A stretch of 38,383 bases of DNA from the IMG/VR virus record IMGVR_UViG_3300019468_000034; one strand, written 5' to 3'. Of this stretch, positions 29,701-36,115 are shown one piece after another. The translations under genes and the position numbers were made by a program. The stretch comes from a virus. The first letter of the stretch is position 1; the number at the start of each line of letters is the position of its first letter. The notes beneath the pieces were generated by a model. The model saw only the letters and a list, made by a program, of their open reading frames with translations, did not search any database and was not told where the DNA came from.

Positions 29701-29810
29701 TCCAAGAACTTATTACCACAACGATATTTGATAAGCGCTACAAGACACACGAAGAACGGGTACGCCAAGACAAGAAAAAGGCTAATGAACAAAAAAAGAA
29801 AGGAAAATAA
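20757..29810 (+). CDS. giant virion protein (3,017 aa) in the gp16 position; internally duplicated module plus an HExxH zincin motif; candidate polyvalent ejected effector
   Basis: AAAGGAG RBS; uninterrupted 9,054-nt ORF. Two QRAWHG...HGWGxY modules at aa 1085 and 1364. HEAAH at aa 1636. Confidence 0.7.
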   Translation: MAEYRFDNFKIDANNPTGETPSSDVLNLNNDNLGSQEGMAQANAELQEKYNSINQQVASGQIKQKPQMNYQHQESNWTPQQEENDGIGTKIYNGLLAIGNWEVNSAMDVYRNLFNPNARAMNQAKTYADTLGLSAQFLMDNPDAYNTAEEIYNKKMAARFLGGVKFSTAALDDMYPELAEIRQKDPVSAAMALQDYEDVKNTRSIFEVVKDAFNSGSDMVKLSDAQMRAYNGESIDSVRPDVDKLTDELRAYQEPNKYERTLYDTIQQLTIMGTQAVRATKRAAQGAALGMATSAAAAGGAAATVIGAEAAPIILLAGATTGAAYGMRVGMFEQFEQQSAAARYWELMNNRKGEYSRNHALVDSTVTGVVNGAIELGLMEVGYKPITKAWGGQAAKSILNNAAARMAIIDAGKESIAKLSAQAAMKQFGRSTAAELAEEGAQQASEDLMDNAEYYLYKKGAPHTTTEIIGNAVDAMVQAVPAVVGMGAMGAITHGVGNYRSMRAIAAIKNEDWKQEYRRTVEQQTIEALMANKAQNKTAQKNPEVYKNVVQEQARLAGVQNMYVDAQELSKTDKGVDVLNDMVNRGIITGEQVDKSISTGADIVIPTGTFAQLADESVDTDTLMRATTMAKNGVHRAALEEKAKRVEAIREELANLAQNKKDVLSKELMEEHFSNADDITRTAAESVIYKNPYDLNKSYKEALADARKEYEDALGFDAYWNYKPQGVGIMYTDEESRQTGRGIRVSNNDYWYQDMYKKLGRKATREEMLDIAYEDQMKELQTLAPEAADEFAQNANSLKAKYESLQGLKDKFEELAKSDYAVKQSLTKEGYEVYNEVVNRLQDGSEKSKLAANENAFIYARMAESWARIRNEYGDTAYTAKDFMAEHAVNIGYENIKNTYTQAMFDVRRVGVNNLEDFLKRVKARRSAGEVANKIMFTGKFGVIYTEAQVVHAMTEHNGHILTTEQMEDIEKHIGIMHHVAISRKKELTNFNGVPVLASINGEKGDYYVVLEFNKDGKIWFKTGMPVSTDSAKSIIKQKIEEGSAYRLTHNTQGRTGLNTSSIRIDTVAEKLKSVNNKEKDTFDQRAWHGSGMDFNEFNLEKALTGAGDMVHGWGIYTAKNKKTAQAYKKHAQSKGLPSYLYEVDIPKDENLLVEEKRYQEQTPKIQEKLARTISDLPDSQQKIFWEKLLRNEMRRLPEETEALSDLDKAKDKVKQLEVASKGLENTDKPKLKEKIAIKHLKALGYIDKQIKDRNFMQTEKEKEEKVLAAVKKEAEKAKASIQERKDSILEAAIQNPKDALKRSVGTGKEIYRYLSASLDSMEEASQQLNKNGIEGISYYDSKDGDCVVVFSDKAVNIIDQYKQRAWHGTPYDFDTFDLSGIGSGEGNQAHGWGLYFAQNREVSEAYKEILGDKGSTVELNGEVWTVNESGDWETTGKTAKYGEAIGYALDALEEHGTKDAAINILQKDLKEGRFRGAYIAEAQKAVNILRQGEAKGHKGGRLLEAEIPDTDVLLDEQKLFKEQPEKVKNALSKLISNTGEGQLSRRAFKNATGKSIYEMLSNLYGDDKKASLKLNEFGVKGITYKGTQDERCYVVFDDKAIEIRNKYDQEIKASYNSATGAIHLFDGADQSSFVHEAAHMYLTEMSKMAVDEAAPKGLMEDWNTIQNWAAYKPEDIKDYEGTAREKEFKSYAKAIEDARKSGDVIAIRAAEERWMQERFARGFERYIAEGKAPTQALQSAFRKFKSWLISIYRDLKKLGKEPPEDVKRVMDRMIATDDEIEAWAKAKELNAWDKKGFSGDLTGSEGDMIKRWAEDAKEKAKERVLKELMRQEENQWRTDLENSLEKERIDYEKHLVDENPIYGQELVYRETGEQFKEDYLRTIGYDSKESFESAIEKAGGPLEERSKAFMENRRKEYEEMMPTSEDFKNAADAELASTNAQMRLSQLEAYAIKRKVNGYVAEAVKAMRELDALDGKSEEEITAGIKEILGVDDEAAKKGRQVALVLAKNEEIQKLKERLKDAKEKDKEYRALAREELASAKAALKEAMRGLNTARDITAGSYTKTLQVAREELSKMTVAEATIWRHWEIKAKQEGNNADKLMAAGAFEEAATAKGNSLKYYCMSRAAKDNQEYVRTKLEGSTGRVDMQQEAMDGIKGMVKRISRRENPVRLDPNSRYMIQHLAYITGITEKDGIKPLNEKGESVGINWEKVYGDLNPDYAMDKETAPNPDKIVAPWLRILAESKERKDYNEMQMDQFQDMVEAMNVLYKASRRDYEATTIKDRNGKVISQEEAALKLVQAIGVDNSFNPLQDSNNQTDAKSKAKSLAKDALLYLTKAETIFDRFGGDWMQLVYEPINQGANKELTMRQEACKTFSKIYNMYSLEEWQAMRSDRVFTIGLTTNFTREQLICMALNWGNKEGRKRVLATINKSAKNEADVIDEYTMQSVLESSLTEKDWNFIEAVWEQLDSYWAERNKVQENLYGQGLGKVQALPFNINGRQIKGGYYPIVYDPKLSIRASDLAADDIVKQALSGSSTFGIGMGSTKSRVSEVKGQQLALRLDVWPQAVTEAIHHIAMREAATDVYKLITHPAVQQAVQQKYGMETYNIIRQWSKDVWKTDVQKADIINRTLEQMRKNSAFAVMAMRTGTAILNVLNVFPMMHQIGKINTLKAITGFGLGFYKGTDTYARNRQFVFDKSPMMRDRMNTIDRDMQQDMKLEVGQDTSLIRERATHAKEKFNRFGYWFITETDLMFSMALWKHGYDESMRKQIEAGMTDVKQMEQNAISDADTNVRAVFGSGQVKDQVAMQRKNTLVGQLTPFYSYSSTVLNALIKAGYRVKDHGDYMALINATLYWVVLQTLAETVYRSAVAGELDDPDKMLRRLGITTVRNVDQGIPVVRDALEGVMNHFLLGSDSNNSPLAITAIDELVKAAQAAGNEKKDFTDVGRSLSRVGNRTWKFSDTLSDGFWNLVRFSLVDTDRSVQELITTTIFDKRYKTHEERVRQDKKKANEQKKKGK

Positions 29811-29813
29811 GAG

Positions 29814-31427
29814 ATGATAAGTAAAGACAAAACCACAATCACGTATAAGGGGGACGGGGTTACAACCTCGTTCCCCTTCCCTTATCAGTACAGAGCAGGC
29901 GAAGATATTAAAGGGTATTTATTAGTAAACGGTAAAGAAATGCCGATTGTAGCCAACTACCGTTTCGACGAAGTAGAGAATAAATTCATCTATCCCGTAA
30001 ACGGCGTACCGTTATTTACAACCGACACCCTTGTTATTAAGCGACAAACGCCGATTGAACAAAACGCCGATCTTCCTAATAAGTATCCGTATAACGCCGT
30101 TGAGACGGTAGCCGACAATCTCACTCTCATTGTTCAGGAACAGGAAGCAAAAATTAAAGGAATAGAAAATATCCGCGATGAATTAACCGAAACAACGGAA
30201 CACACCGCTAGAATGGCCGATAGGGTTTTAAATGCCATATCAAACGGGTACAATGTGGCACAGAATCAGTGGGCTCCGTTCGAATACATAAATCCCGCCG
30301 AAAAAACCGTAAAAGAATTAAAAAAAGAAATAGACGAGTTCAAACTGGCAGCACAGCGCATGGGAGCCGAAAATGGAACTAGAGTCATCGCTAAAGCTTG
30401 GTTTGACGTCGAAGATTTCATTAAAAACGCCAAAAACGAGGCATATGTTATTAACTACGGGCCACAAGTAGACCTTGTAATGGGCGTAGAAAGAAACGCA
30501 GTTATCATACAGACCGAAGAAAAAACCTACCGATTAATAGATGAATCAGTAGGATACAAGGTTCAAGAAGTCATAGAAGCGGCCGTCAATAATAAGGGTA
30601 CTACCATGGACGCTAATACAACCGGCTCCGCTAAAACGATAAGTATAGAACCCGTAACAAACGTAAATGAAGCGGTGACGCCCGGAAGGTACATTGGAGA
30701 AAGCATTGCAATTAATAACGAAACATTCCAGGGATATGTATTAGACGTCCTAACACTGGAAGATATAATCTTCCAAACGCTCACAACATTAGACGGCAGA
30801 GTATTCGTAAGAAAAAGCGATACAAAACCCATCACAACGTCTTGGACAGAACCCTATAAAAAAGACGTATTAGTAGAAGAAAATACCGCTCAATTCGGGA
30901 AGGCAAAGATAGAATTAACCAATAACGGAAGTCTTAGTGTAAAGGATATAACCGCTCCCGATAAAGGGGGTGAACTGGCATTAAGGAGCGAATTAAACAA
31001 AGTATCAGATTCAATAAGCGGACGCAAAGCACCGGTCATGACACCGCTTATAGATTGGGAGGCGATGAAGCGGCAAAACTCTAACAACGACGTAAGAAAT
31101 ATCAATAATACAGGCACCGGCATTGTAGGGACCAATACAAATAACCCGATTATACTAAAAGAGTCATACAAAAACCATGATAAAGTCGTAATTATCGCGA
31201 CAGATACCCAGGGCAGATACAGACTTCCGGTAACATACGAAACATGGTTGCTTGCCTTTTTATTCGACCAAAAGAATGGGTTTTCTTTATTTGACGTATA
31301 TAGTTTTATGTGGAAATTAACGTCAACAACCAACACGTCGAACCCGTCAACAGATACGCAATGGAGACAGTACGAAAAAAATTGCGGCATCATCGAAATA
31401 TACGGGATTAAATACGAAAGGACGTAA
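29814..31427 (+). CDS. tail fibre / receptor-binding protein
   Basis: Position after the internal virion proteins. N-terminal TTITYKGDGVTTSFPFPYQY is a fibre-like motif. 537 aa. Confidence 0.6.
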   Translation: MISKDKTTITYKGDGVTTSFPFPYQYRAGEDIKGYLLVNGKEMPIVANYRFDEVENKFIYPVNGVPLFTTDTLVIKRQTPIEQNADLPNKYPYNAVETVADNLTLIVQEQEAKIKGIENIRDELTETTEHTARMADRVLNAISNGYNVAQNQWAPFEYINPAEKTVKELKKEIDEFKLAAQRMGAENGTRVIAKAWFDVEDFIKNAKNEAYVINYGPQVDLVMGVERNAVIIQTEEKTYRLIDESVGYKVQEVIEAAVNNKGTTMDANTTGSAKTISIEPVTNVNEAVTPGRYIGESIAINNETFQGYVLDVLTLEDIIFQTLTTLDGRVFVRKSDTKPITTSWTEPYKKDVLVEENTAQFGKAKIELTNNGSLSVKDITAPDKGGELALRSELNKVSDSISGRKAPVMTPLIDWEAMKRQNSNNDVRNINNTGTGIVGTNTNNPIILKESYKNHDKVVIIATDTQGRYRLPVTYETWLLAFLFDQKNGFSLFDVYSFMWKLTSTTNTSNPSTDTQWRQYEKNCGIIEIYGIKYERT

Positions 31428-31500
31428 ACGCAATGTTCTACGAACTATTGGAAAAATTCCAATAGTTGAATTAATGAAAGGTCGTAAAAACAATGTTCTA
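31416..31500 (+). repeat. two 25-bp direct repeats exactly 60 bp apart (GAAAGGaCGTAAAcgCAATGTTCTA and GAAAGGtCGTAAAaaCAATGTTCTA) duplicating the RBS and start region of the next gene
   Basis: 31416..31440 and 31476..31500 match at 22 of 25 positions. The first copy starts a 10-codon mini-ORF. Confidence 0.5.
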
Positions 31501-31774
31501 TCTAATTAAAGACAACAAGGTGCAAAGTATGTGCATGAATAAGGAACCGCTCATAGGACTGGACGGAGAAATTCTTGAAGGAGACGCGCTGGACCCGTCA
31601 ACAGTCGCCATAAAGGACGGCAAGGTAATCCAAAAAATCGATATTCCTGAAACGGAGCCGGAAGAAGAAGTAAAGCTAGATGCCGTAACCGTCCTGGAAG
31701 CTATTGTAGATATTCAAGAAGAAGTAATGAATAATTCATTAACATTAGAGTCGCTTAAAAATAAGGAGGAATAA
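31493..31774 (+). CDS. hypothetical acidic protein
   Basis: 93-aa ORF; AAAGG 12 nt upstream. Confidence 0.45.
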   Translation: MFYLIKDNKVQSMCMNKEPLIGLDGEILEGDALDPSTVAIKDGKVIQKIDIPETEPEEEVKLDAVTVLEAIVDIQEEVMNNSLTLESLKNKEE

Positions 31775-31776
31775 TC

Positions 31777-31935
31777 ATGGTATTAAAAAAATATATGATA
31801 AGCGCATATGGAAAATTAGTATTAGCTGGGGTCTATACATTAGACGAAAACGAGACGGGAAAGAAGTTAGTACCTGAAGCGTACCAGGAAGCGGTTGCAG
31901 AATGGTTAGCAGAAAGAGAAGAAAAAAAGGAGTAG
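31777..31935 (+). CDS. small hypothetical protein (53 aa)
   Basis: AAGGAGG lies 7 nt upstream of ATG 31777. ORF reads MVLKKYMISAYGKLVLAGVYTLDENETGKKLVPEAYQEAVAEWLAEREEKKE. Confidence 0.4.
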   Translation: MVLKKYMISAYGKLVLAGVYTLDENETGKKLVPEAYQEAVAEWLAEREEKKE

Positions 31936-31938
31936 GAC

Positions 31939-32466
31939 GTGGAATTCATGGACGAGCTGGTTACAAGGATACTATTAAACGTATCTCATGAACATGTCTT
32001 AGATATCTGTAACGTCATCCTACTGGTACTAATTCTCTTGGTGGCCGATGCTTTCTTGCGCATTATTGCGGAAGTATTCCAGTATAATAAAGACCACAAC
32101 CGCAAGAACACAACTAAAACTTTTATCACAACGCTTATATGGTATGGCTGGGGGCAGGGCGACTACATCGACGCCAACACAGGGAAAATCAAACGCTATC
32201 TCATGAGTGAGAAATTAAGAAGCAGCATGTTAAAAAAGATATGCATATTCTACCCGGCATGGTTTTTCTTATCGATCGCATGTGTCTCTCTTCCGGACAC
32301 CGTATTTATCGGAGTCCGTGGAGACGAACTATTGGCCAATGTTTTTATGTGGTGGCCCGTCGCCTCGGAACTTTCGTCAATTATTGAAAACCTAAGAGAA
32401 ATTGATACTTACCATTTCGTAAGAATCAAAAACATGTTCATGGAAATTAACAAAATGAGGAAGTGA
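31939..32466 (+). CDS. holin-like multi-pass membrane protein
   Basis: GTG start 6 nt after AAAGGAG; four hydrophobic segments; adjacent to the endolysin. Confidence 0.45.
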   Translation: MEFMDELVTRILLNVSHEHVLDICNVILLVLILLVADAFLRIIAEVFQYNKDHNRKNTTKTFITTLIWYGWGQGDYIDANTGKIKRYLMSEKLRSSMLKKICIFYPAWFFLSIACVSLPDTVFIGVRGDELLANVFMWWPVASELSSIIENLREIDTYHFVRIKNMFMEINKMRK

Positions 32467-32471
32467 AAAAA

Positions 32472-32648
32472 GTGATAGACAAAATTAATATCGCAGACCT
32501 GGTAGTCATTACAGGCCTCGTAACGGGGCTTGTAATGGCTATTTTGTTTAGCTTGAATGAATTGGCTATGTCTATCGCCTCCGGCCTCTTGGGATATATC
32601 GGAGGCTCGAAACTTTCACCGCACAAAGAAAGGAGTGATGAAAAATGA
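32472..32648 (+). CDS. small membrane protein (possible second holin component)
   Basis: GTG 32472 is 8 nt after GAGGAAG (alternative GTG at 32463). Two hydrophobic segments. Confidence 0.4.
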   Translation: MIDKINIADLVVITGLVTGLVMAILFSLNELAMSIASGLLGYIGGSKLSPHKERSDEK

Positions 32649-33223
32649 GAGAAGTAACACTAGAAGAAATCAAAAACCTGGCACGGGAAGCCTATTGGGA
32701 TTTATGGAATGGAGCCCGGAGTATGGGCCGTGACGTCAAACTATATATCCACTGGACGGGTGGCCGTTACAACCAGACTTTTAGCGACTACCACATTAGC
32801 ATTACAGGCGAAGGCCACTGCTTTATCTCAACGGATAATTTCGCCGAAGTCAAAAACGCAACATATATGAGAAATACCGGTAGCATCGCTATTACGCTTT
32901 GTTGTGCCCTGGATGCTATAGGTCCGGACAACTTAGGACCGTACCCGCCGACAGAAGCACAGATTAACGCCATTTCACAGGTTGTATGCGTCCTAGCCGA
33001 TGCGCTGGATCTTACGATTGATGCGAACCGGGTCATGACACACGCCGAAGCGGCCGATAATCTCGACGGGCTTTATACCCATGATGATTACGGCCCGGAT
33101 TCAACATGTGAACGCTGGGACCTTTGGGTACTTAGAGAGGGTGAAGAACCCGGCACCGGCGGGCAACAAATTAGAGGAAATGCCAATTATTATAGACACC
33201 ACAAATTATTAAGTGACGTGTAA
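32645..33223 (+). CDS. endolysin, N-acetylmuramoyl-L-alanine amidase (Amidase_2/PGRP family)
   Basis: YIHWTGG...GSIAITLC...VMTHAEAAD is an Amidase_2 pattern (T7 lysozyme family). AAAGGAG RBS. Confidence 0.8.
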   Translation: MREVTLEEIKNLAREAYWDLWNGARSMGRDVKLYIHWTGGRYNQTFSDYHISITGEGHCFISTDNFAEVKNATYMRNTGSIAITLCCALDAIGPDNLGPYPPTEAQINAISQVVCVLADALDLTIDANRVMTHAEAADNLDGLYTHDDYGPDSTCERWDLWVLREGEEPGTGGQQIRGNANYYRHHKLLSDV

Positions 33224-33236
33224 AGGAGAAACCATT

Positions 33237-33518
33237 ATGAATAAGAACGAAATTATGAACATGCTCGCAAAAGAAGCCGCACAAATTGCAAAAGAACAAG
33301 CAACGGCAGCCCTTAGCTCATTGTCAGCAAACGACCTTCGGCCGATTGTAGAAGAACAATTAAAGACCATTACAGGCCCTCTACAACAGGAAGCGGAAAC
33401 CACAAGCTCCGTATGGGTCAAGATCAGAAACCGTTTCTACATTCGCATTATTAACAACGCGATCGACAACATCATCAAAACAATCCAGGACGGCCTGGAC
33501 GGACTTAGTAAGAAATAA
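33237..33518 (+). CDS. hypothetical protein, last gene of the late operon
   Basis: AAAGGAGAAACC RBS at ATG 33237. Confidence 0.45.
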   Translation: MNKNEIMNMLAKEAAQIAKEQATAALSSLSANDLRPIVEEQLKTITGPLQQEAETTSSVWVKIRNRFYIRIINNAIDNIIKTIQDGLDGLSKK

Positions 33519-33625
33519 GTTGTTGCATAATTTACAACAACTTATTTAAGCAAAACAACTTTTATTAAACTAAAAACAAAAGTTGTTTAACAAATTGGCA
33601 TTCCGTAAACAACTCAATAAGAACC

Positions 33626-33682
33626 AAAAAGACGGATTCTTGGAACTTAACCTACGTTAAGACCCGGAATCCGTCTTTTTTT
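33626..33682. terminator. strong bidirectional rho-independent terminator (14-bp perfect stem with a nested inner hairpin)
   Basis: AAAAAGACGGATTC ... GAATCCGTCTTTTTTT flanked by an A-run and a T-run. Inner CTTAAC-CTAC-GTTAAG. Confidence 0.6.
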
Positions 33683-33934
33683 GATACTTAGTCATATTAA
33701 AAAAGGAAAAAAAACGTCATAAAAACCAGGGGAAATACAGCAAAACAGCTACATTTCCCACAGAAAAGAGTAAATCTCCAAAATAAGCCCTATTTCAAGC
33801 CACAGATAGATTTATAAAACGACGCATAAAAGAACATGAATAAGAACATAAAACGCCTTACAAGCGATTCTGTAAAGCCGTTTTCGAAGAAAAAATAAAT
33901 AAAAAAATACATTAATAAATTTTAGAGAAAATAT

Positions 33935-33963
33935 TTGACAATGCACGCAATGCGTGATATACT
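33935..33963 (+). promoter_or_regulatory. near-consensus sigma-70-type promoter with a palindrome in the spacer
   Basis: -35 TTGACA (33935..33940), 17-nt spacer, TGn plus -10 TATACT (33958..33963). The spacer contains CACGCA-a-TGCGTG. Confidence 0.6.
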
Positions 33964-34014
33964 TTACTCAAGATAAAGATATGAATTGCCTATCAGCGAA
34001 AGGAGAATGAAAAA

Positions 34015-34278
34015 ATGGAAGAGAGAAAATATCAAGTATCGGTAGAATATCCGTTCGACAACGCAGACGCATGGGATTTTGCAACGAAGGAAGAGGCCTT
34101 AAAGGAGTTCGACGAACTCAAGAAGGAAGTGAACGACAGGGACGTAGCCGCAATGCTCAAGATTACAGACCGGGAGAACAATTACAAGGTTGTTGAGTTT
34201 TACGTCAACAGACGAGAAATGTTCAGTATCGACGAATTGAACGACTATGAGAACACTCTCATAGCGTGGGATGAATAA
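34015..34278 (+). CDS. hypothetical acidic protein (moron cassette gene 1)
   Basis: AAAGGAGAA RBS; 87 aa. Confidence 0.5.
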   Translation: MEERKYQVSVEYPFDNADAWDFATKEEALKEFDELKKEVNDRDVAAMLKITDRENNYKVVEFYVNRREMFSIDELNDYENTLIAWDE

Positions 34279-34645
34279 AATAAAAGCGGCACGAGAAGCC
34301 GCAGGACTTACGCAAGCCGAAGTCTTTGAAGTGCTCCGTATACCCATGCGGACACTTCAAGACTGGGAGAACGGCAGAAGAACGCCGCCTGAATGGGCCG
34401 AACGGTTAATAACAGAAAAACTAAGCTTAATAGCTAGAAGGACGAAAGGGGATATAAGAATGGCAGAATACATGGTAGTATACGAAGATGAAGACGGGAT
34501 TAGCGAAGTCCCGTTCGATGATTACGAAGAAGCTGGGCAATACTTTGATGACCTCGAAGATGATTGCACATGGGCAGAGCTTAGAAGATATAACGACATG
34601 ACCGATTACGATGTTATCGGAGCAATCGGACGAAGAGGAAGATAA
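34271..34645 (+). CDS. HTH (XRE/antitoxin-like) domain protein with an acidic C-terminal region (moron cassette gene 2)
   Basis: AAREAAGLTQAEVFEVLRIPMRTLQDWENGRRTP is an HTH-like motif. Confidence 0.5.
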   Translation: MNKIKAAREAAGLTQAEVFEVLRIPMRTLQDWENGRRTPPEWAERLITEKLSLIARRTKGDIRMAEYMVVYEDEDGISEVPFDDYEEAGQYFDDLEDDCTWAELRRYNDMTDYDVIGAIGRRGR

Positions 34646-34650
34646 ACAAC

Positions 34651-34686
34651 AAAGACCCCTCACAACGAGGGGCCTTTGTATTTTCG
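34651..34686 (+). terminator. rho-independent terminator after the moron cassette
   Basis: AAAGACCCCTC-ACAAC-GAGGGGCCTTT (one mismatch) followed by GTATTTTCG. Confidence 0.55.
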
Positions 34687-34898
34687 ACAAAAATTCGTCA
34701 AAAAACCATGGTGAATAATGGTAAATATGGTGAAAAATAAAATAATGCGAAACTTGGCCAAAGCGGTGATTAACGCAGTTTAATAAATATGGGAAAATAG
34801 AAAGGCATAAAAAAGCCTTCATATAGGAATGGCAACAACACATGCAATTGTGATAAATACCCATTTATTAAACATTCGACAATAAAATCGTCAAAAAC
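34683..34898. other. candidate attP region: two near-identical 23/24-bp direct repeats flanking about 170 bp with further short repeats, abutting the integrase 3' end
   Basis: TTCGACAAAAATTCGTCAAAAAA (34683..34705) versus TTCGACAATAAAATCGTCAAAAAC (34875..34898). ATGGTGAA occurs twice at 34708..34734. Confidence 0.35.
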
Positions 34899-35960
34899 TC
34901 ATTTAAAAATATTTGCGACCCTGTCCGCTGCCCGAAGTCGCATCTCGTCCGTAAAATGAATGTATGTGTTAATAACGGTATTTACGTCATCGCCTAAAAG
35001 ACTTGCAACGGTTTTTACGTCAAGGCCGTTCGCTAAAAGCGTAGTCGCGTATGTGTGTCTCATATCGTGAATCGATTTTCCACTTACAACCGTCCATATA
35101 ACATTATTAACCCGGCTGGAATGATTACCTTTAGCAGGAAACAATACAAGGCCGTCGCATTGCTTTTTATAGTCCTTTAATATCTTCAACAACACCGGCG
35201 GGACGGGAAGTATACGATAACTGTTTTTAGTCTTTAGTTGATTAAACCCAAACTTATTTTGCCCGGAACGAACAAACTGCTTATTAATATTAATGGTAGA
35301 CACTGAAAAATCAATATCATCCCATGTTAAGCCTAGAATTTCACTATAGCGACAGCCGGTATATCTGGCAACAGAAACCAAAGCGTAGTAATACGAAGAA
35401 TAGCCTTTTAGAAAATCCATCAACCTGTCCAGATCATCCTCGGTAAACACCCTAATTTTTCTCCGTTCGCTTTTCGCCTTTTCAACCAAATCGCACGGGT
35501 TAAGGGCAATAGCACCATAGGGTCTTTTTGCGTAATTAAAAATAGTCTTTAGGCGTTGGAGATATAAATTTCTTGTTCCGGGAGAAAGGCAACCGGAGTT
35601 AAAAACCGAAACGATTTGAGAATACGAAATGTTGCGGATAGGAAGCGGTGCTAATTCCTGGAAGAATCGCAAAGAGTGCTCGTAAGTAAGACGGGTATTA
35701 TAGGTGAGATTCGACTTCTCGCGAAGGTATAAAGAATAGAAGTCACCAAGCGTGGCATCGCGGAGATCCTCGGAGGTGAAAACGGAAACTGTTTCTTTTA
35801 ACTCGGCGATAATATCCTGGCCATATTCTTTAGCCGCTCTTTGCGTTTTAAAGCCTTGCTTTGACTTTTGACGCCACTTACGACCGTCTTTATAACTAAC
35901 AATAACCTGATAGCCGTTATCCTTTTTTCGTATTGTAATATTTGCCTGCATTTTTAACAC
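34899..35960 (-). CDS. int: tyrosine site-specific integrase
   Basis: HDMRHTYAT and the C-terminal catalytic Tyr region VINTYIHF. N-terminal arm-binding-like domain. 353 aa. Confidence 0.9.
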   Translation of the reverse strand: MLKMQANITIRKKDNGYQVIVSYKDGRKWRQKSKQGFKTQRAAKEYGQDIIAELKETVSVFTSEDLRDATLGDFYSLYLREKSNLTYNTRLTYEHSLRFFQELAPLPIRNISYSQIVSVFNSGCLSPGTRNLYLQRLKTIFNYAKRPYGAIALNPCDLVEKAKSERRKIRVFTEDDLDRLMDFLKGYSSYYYALVSVARYTGCRYSEILGLTWDDIDFSVSTININKQFVRSGQNKFGFNQLKTKNSYRILPVPPVLLKILKDYKKQCDGLVLFPAKGNHSSRVNNVIWTVVSGKSIHDMRHTYATTLLANGLDVKTVASLLGDDVNTVINTYIHFTDEMRLRAADRVANIFK

Positions 35961-36036
35961 CGTATAACAAAAAAAGAGTCACCGATAGGTAACCCCTGAA
36001 AATAAAAATAGGAGCGATACCTTTCGATACCGCTCC

Positions 36037-36063
36037 AGTAAAAAGAGTCGAACTCTTTTTACT
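36037..36063 (-). terminator. perfect 12-bp hairpin (AGTAAAAAGAGT-CGA-ACTCTTTTTACT) between the upstream membrane-protein gene and int
   Basis: Perfect inverted repeat with A- and T-runs in the arms. Confidence 0.45.
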
Positions 36064-36115
36064 CTGTAGCAATATCTTAACTTACGCTAAACAATTTGTC
36101 AAAATAAACGATTGA

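Noticed and set aside
33683-33934. The AT-rich 250-bp spacer before the moron promoter considered as a possible small RNA or tRNA
   Set aside because: No cloverleaf-compatible stems, no CCA or T-loop-like GTTCGA motif, and only a weak GGGAAAT/ATTTCCC dyad. It was treated as spacer with possible UP-element-like A-tracts.
31416-34898. The various direct repeats (31416..31500, 34683..34898) considered as a possible CRISPR array
   Set aside because: There are only two copies each, the spacing is irregular, the repeats are AT-rich, and there is no leader or cas context.
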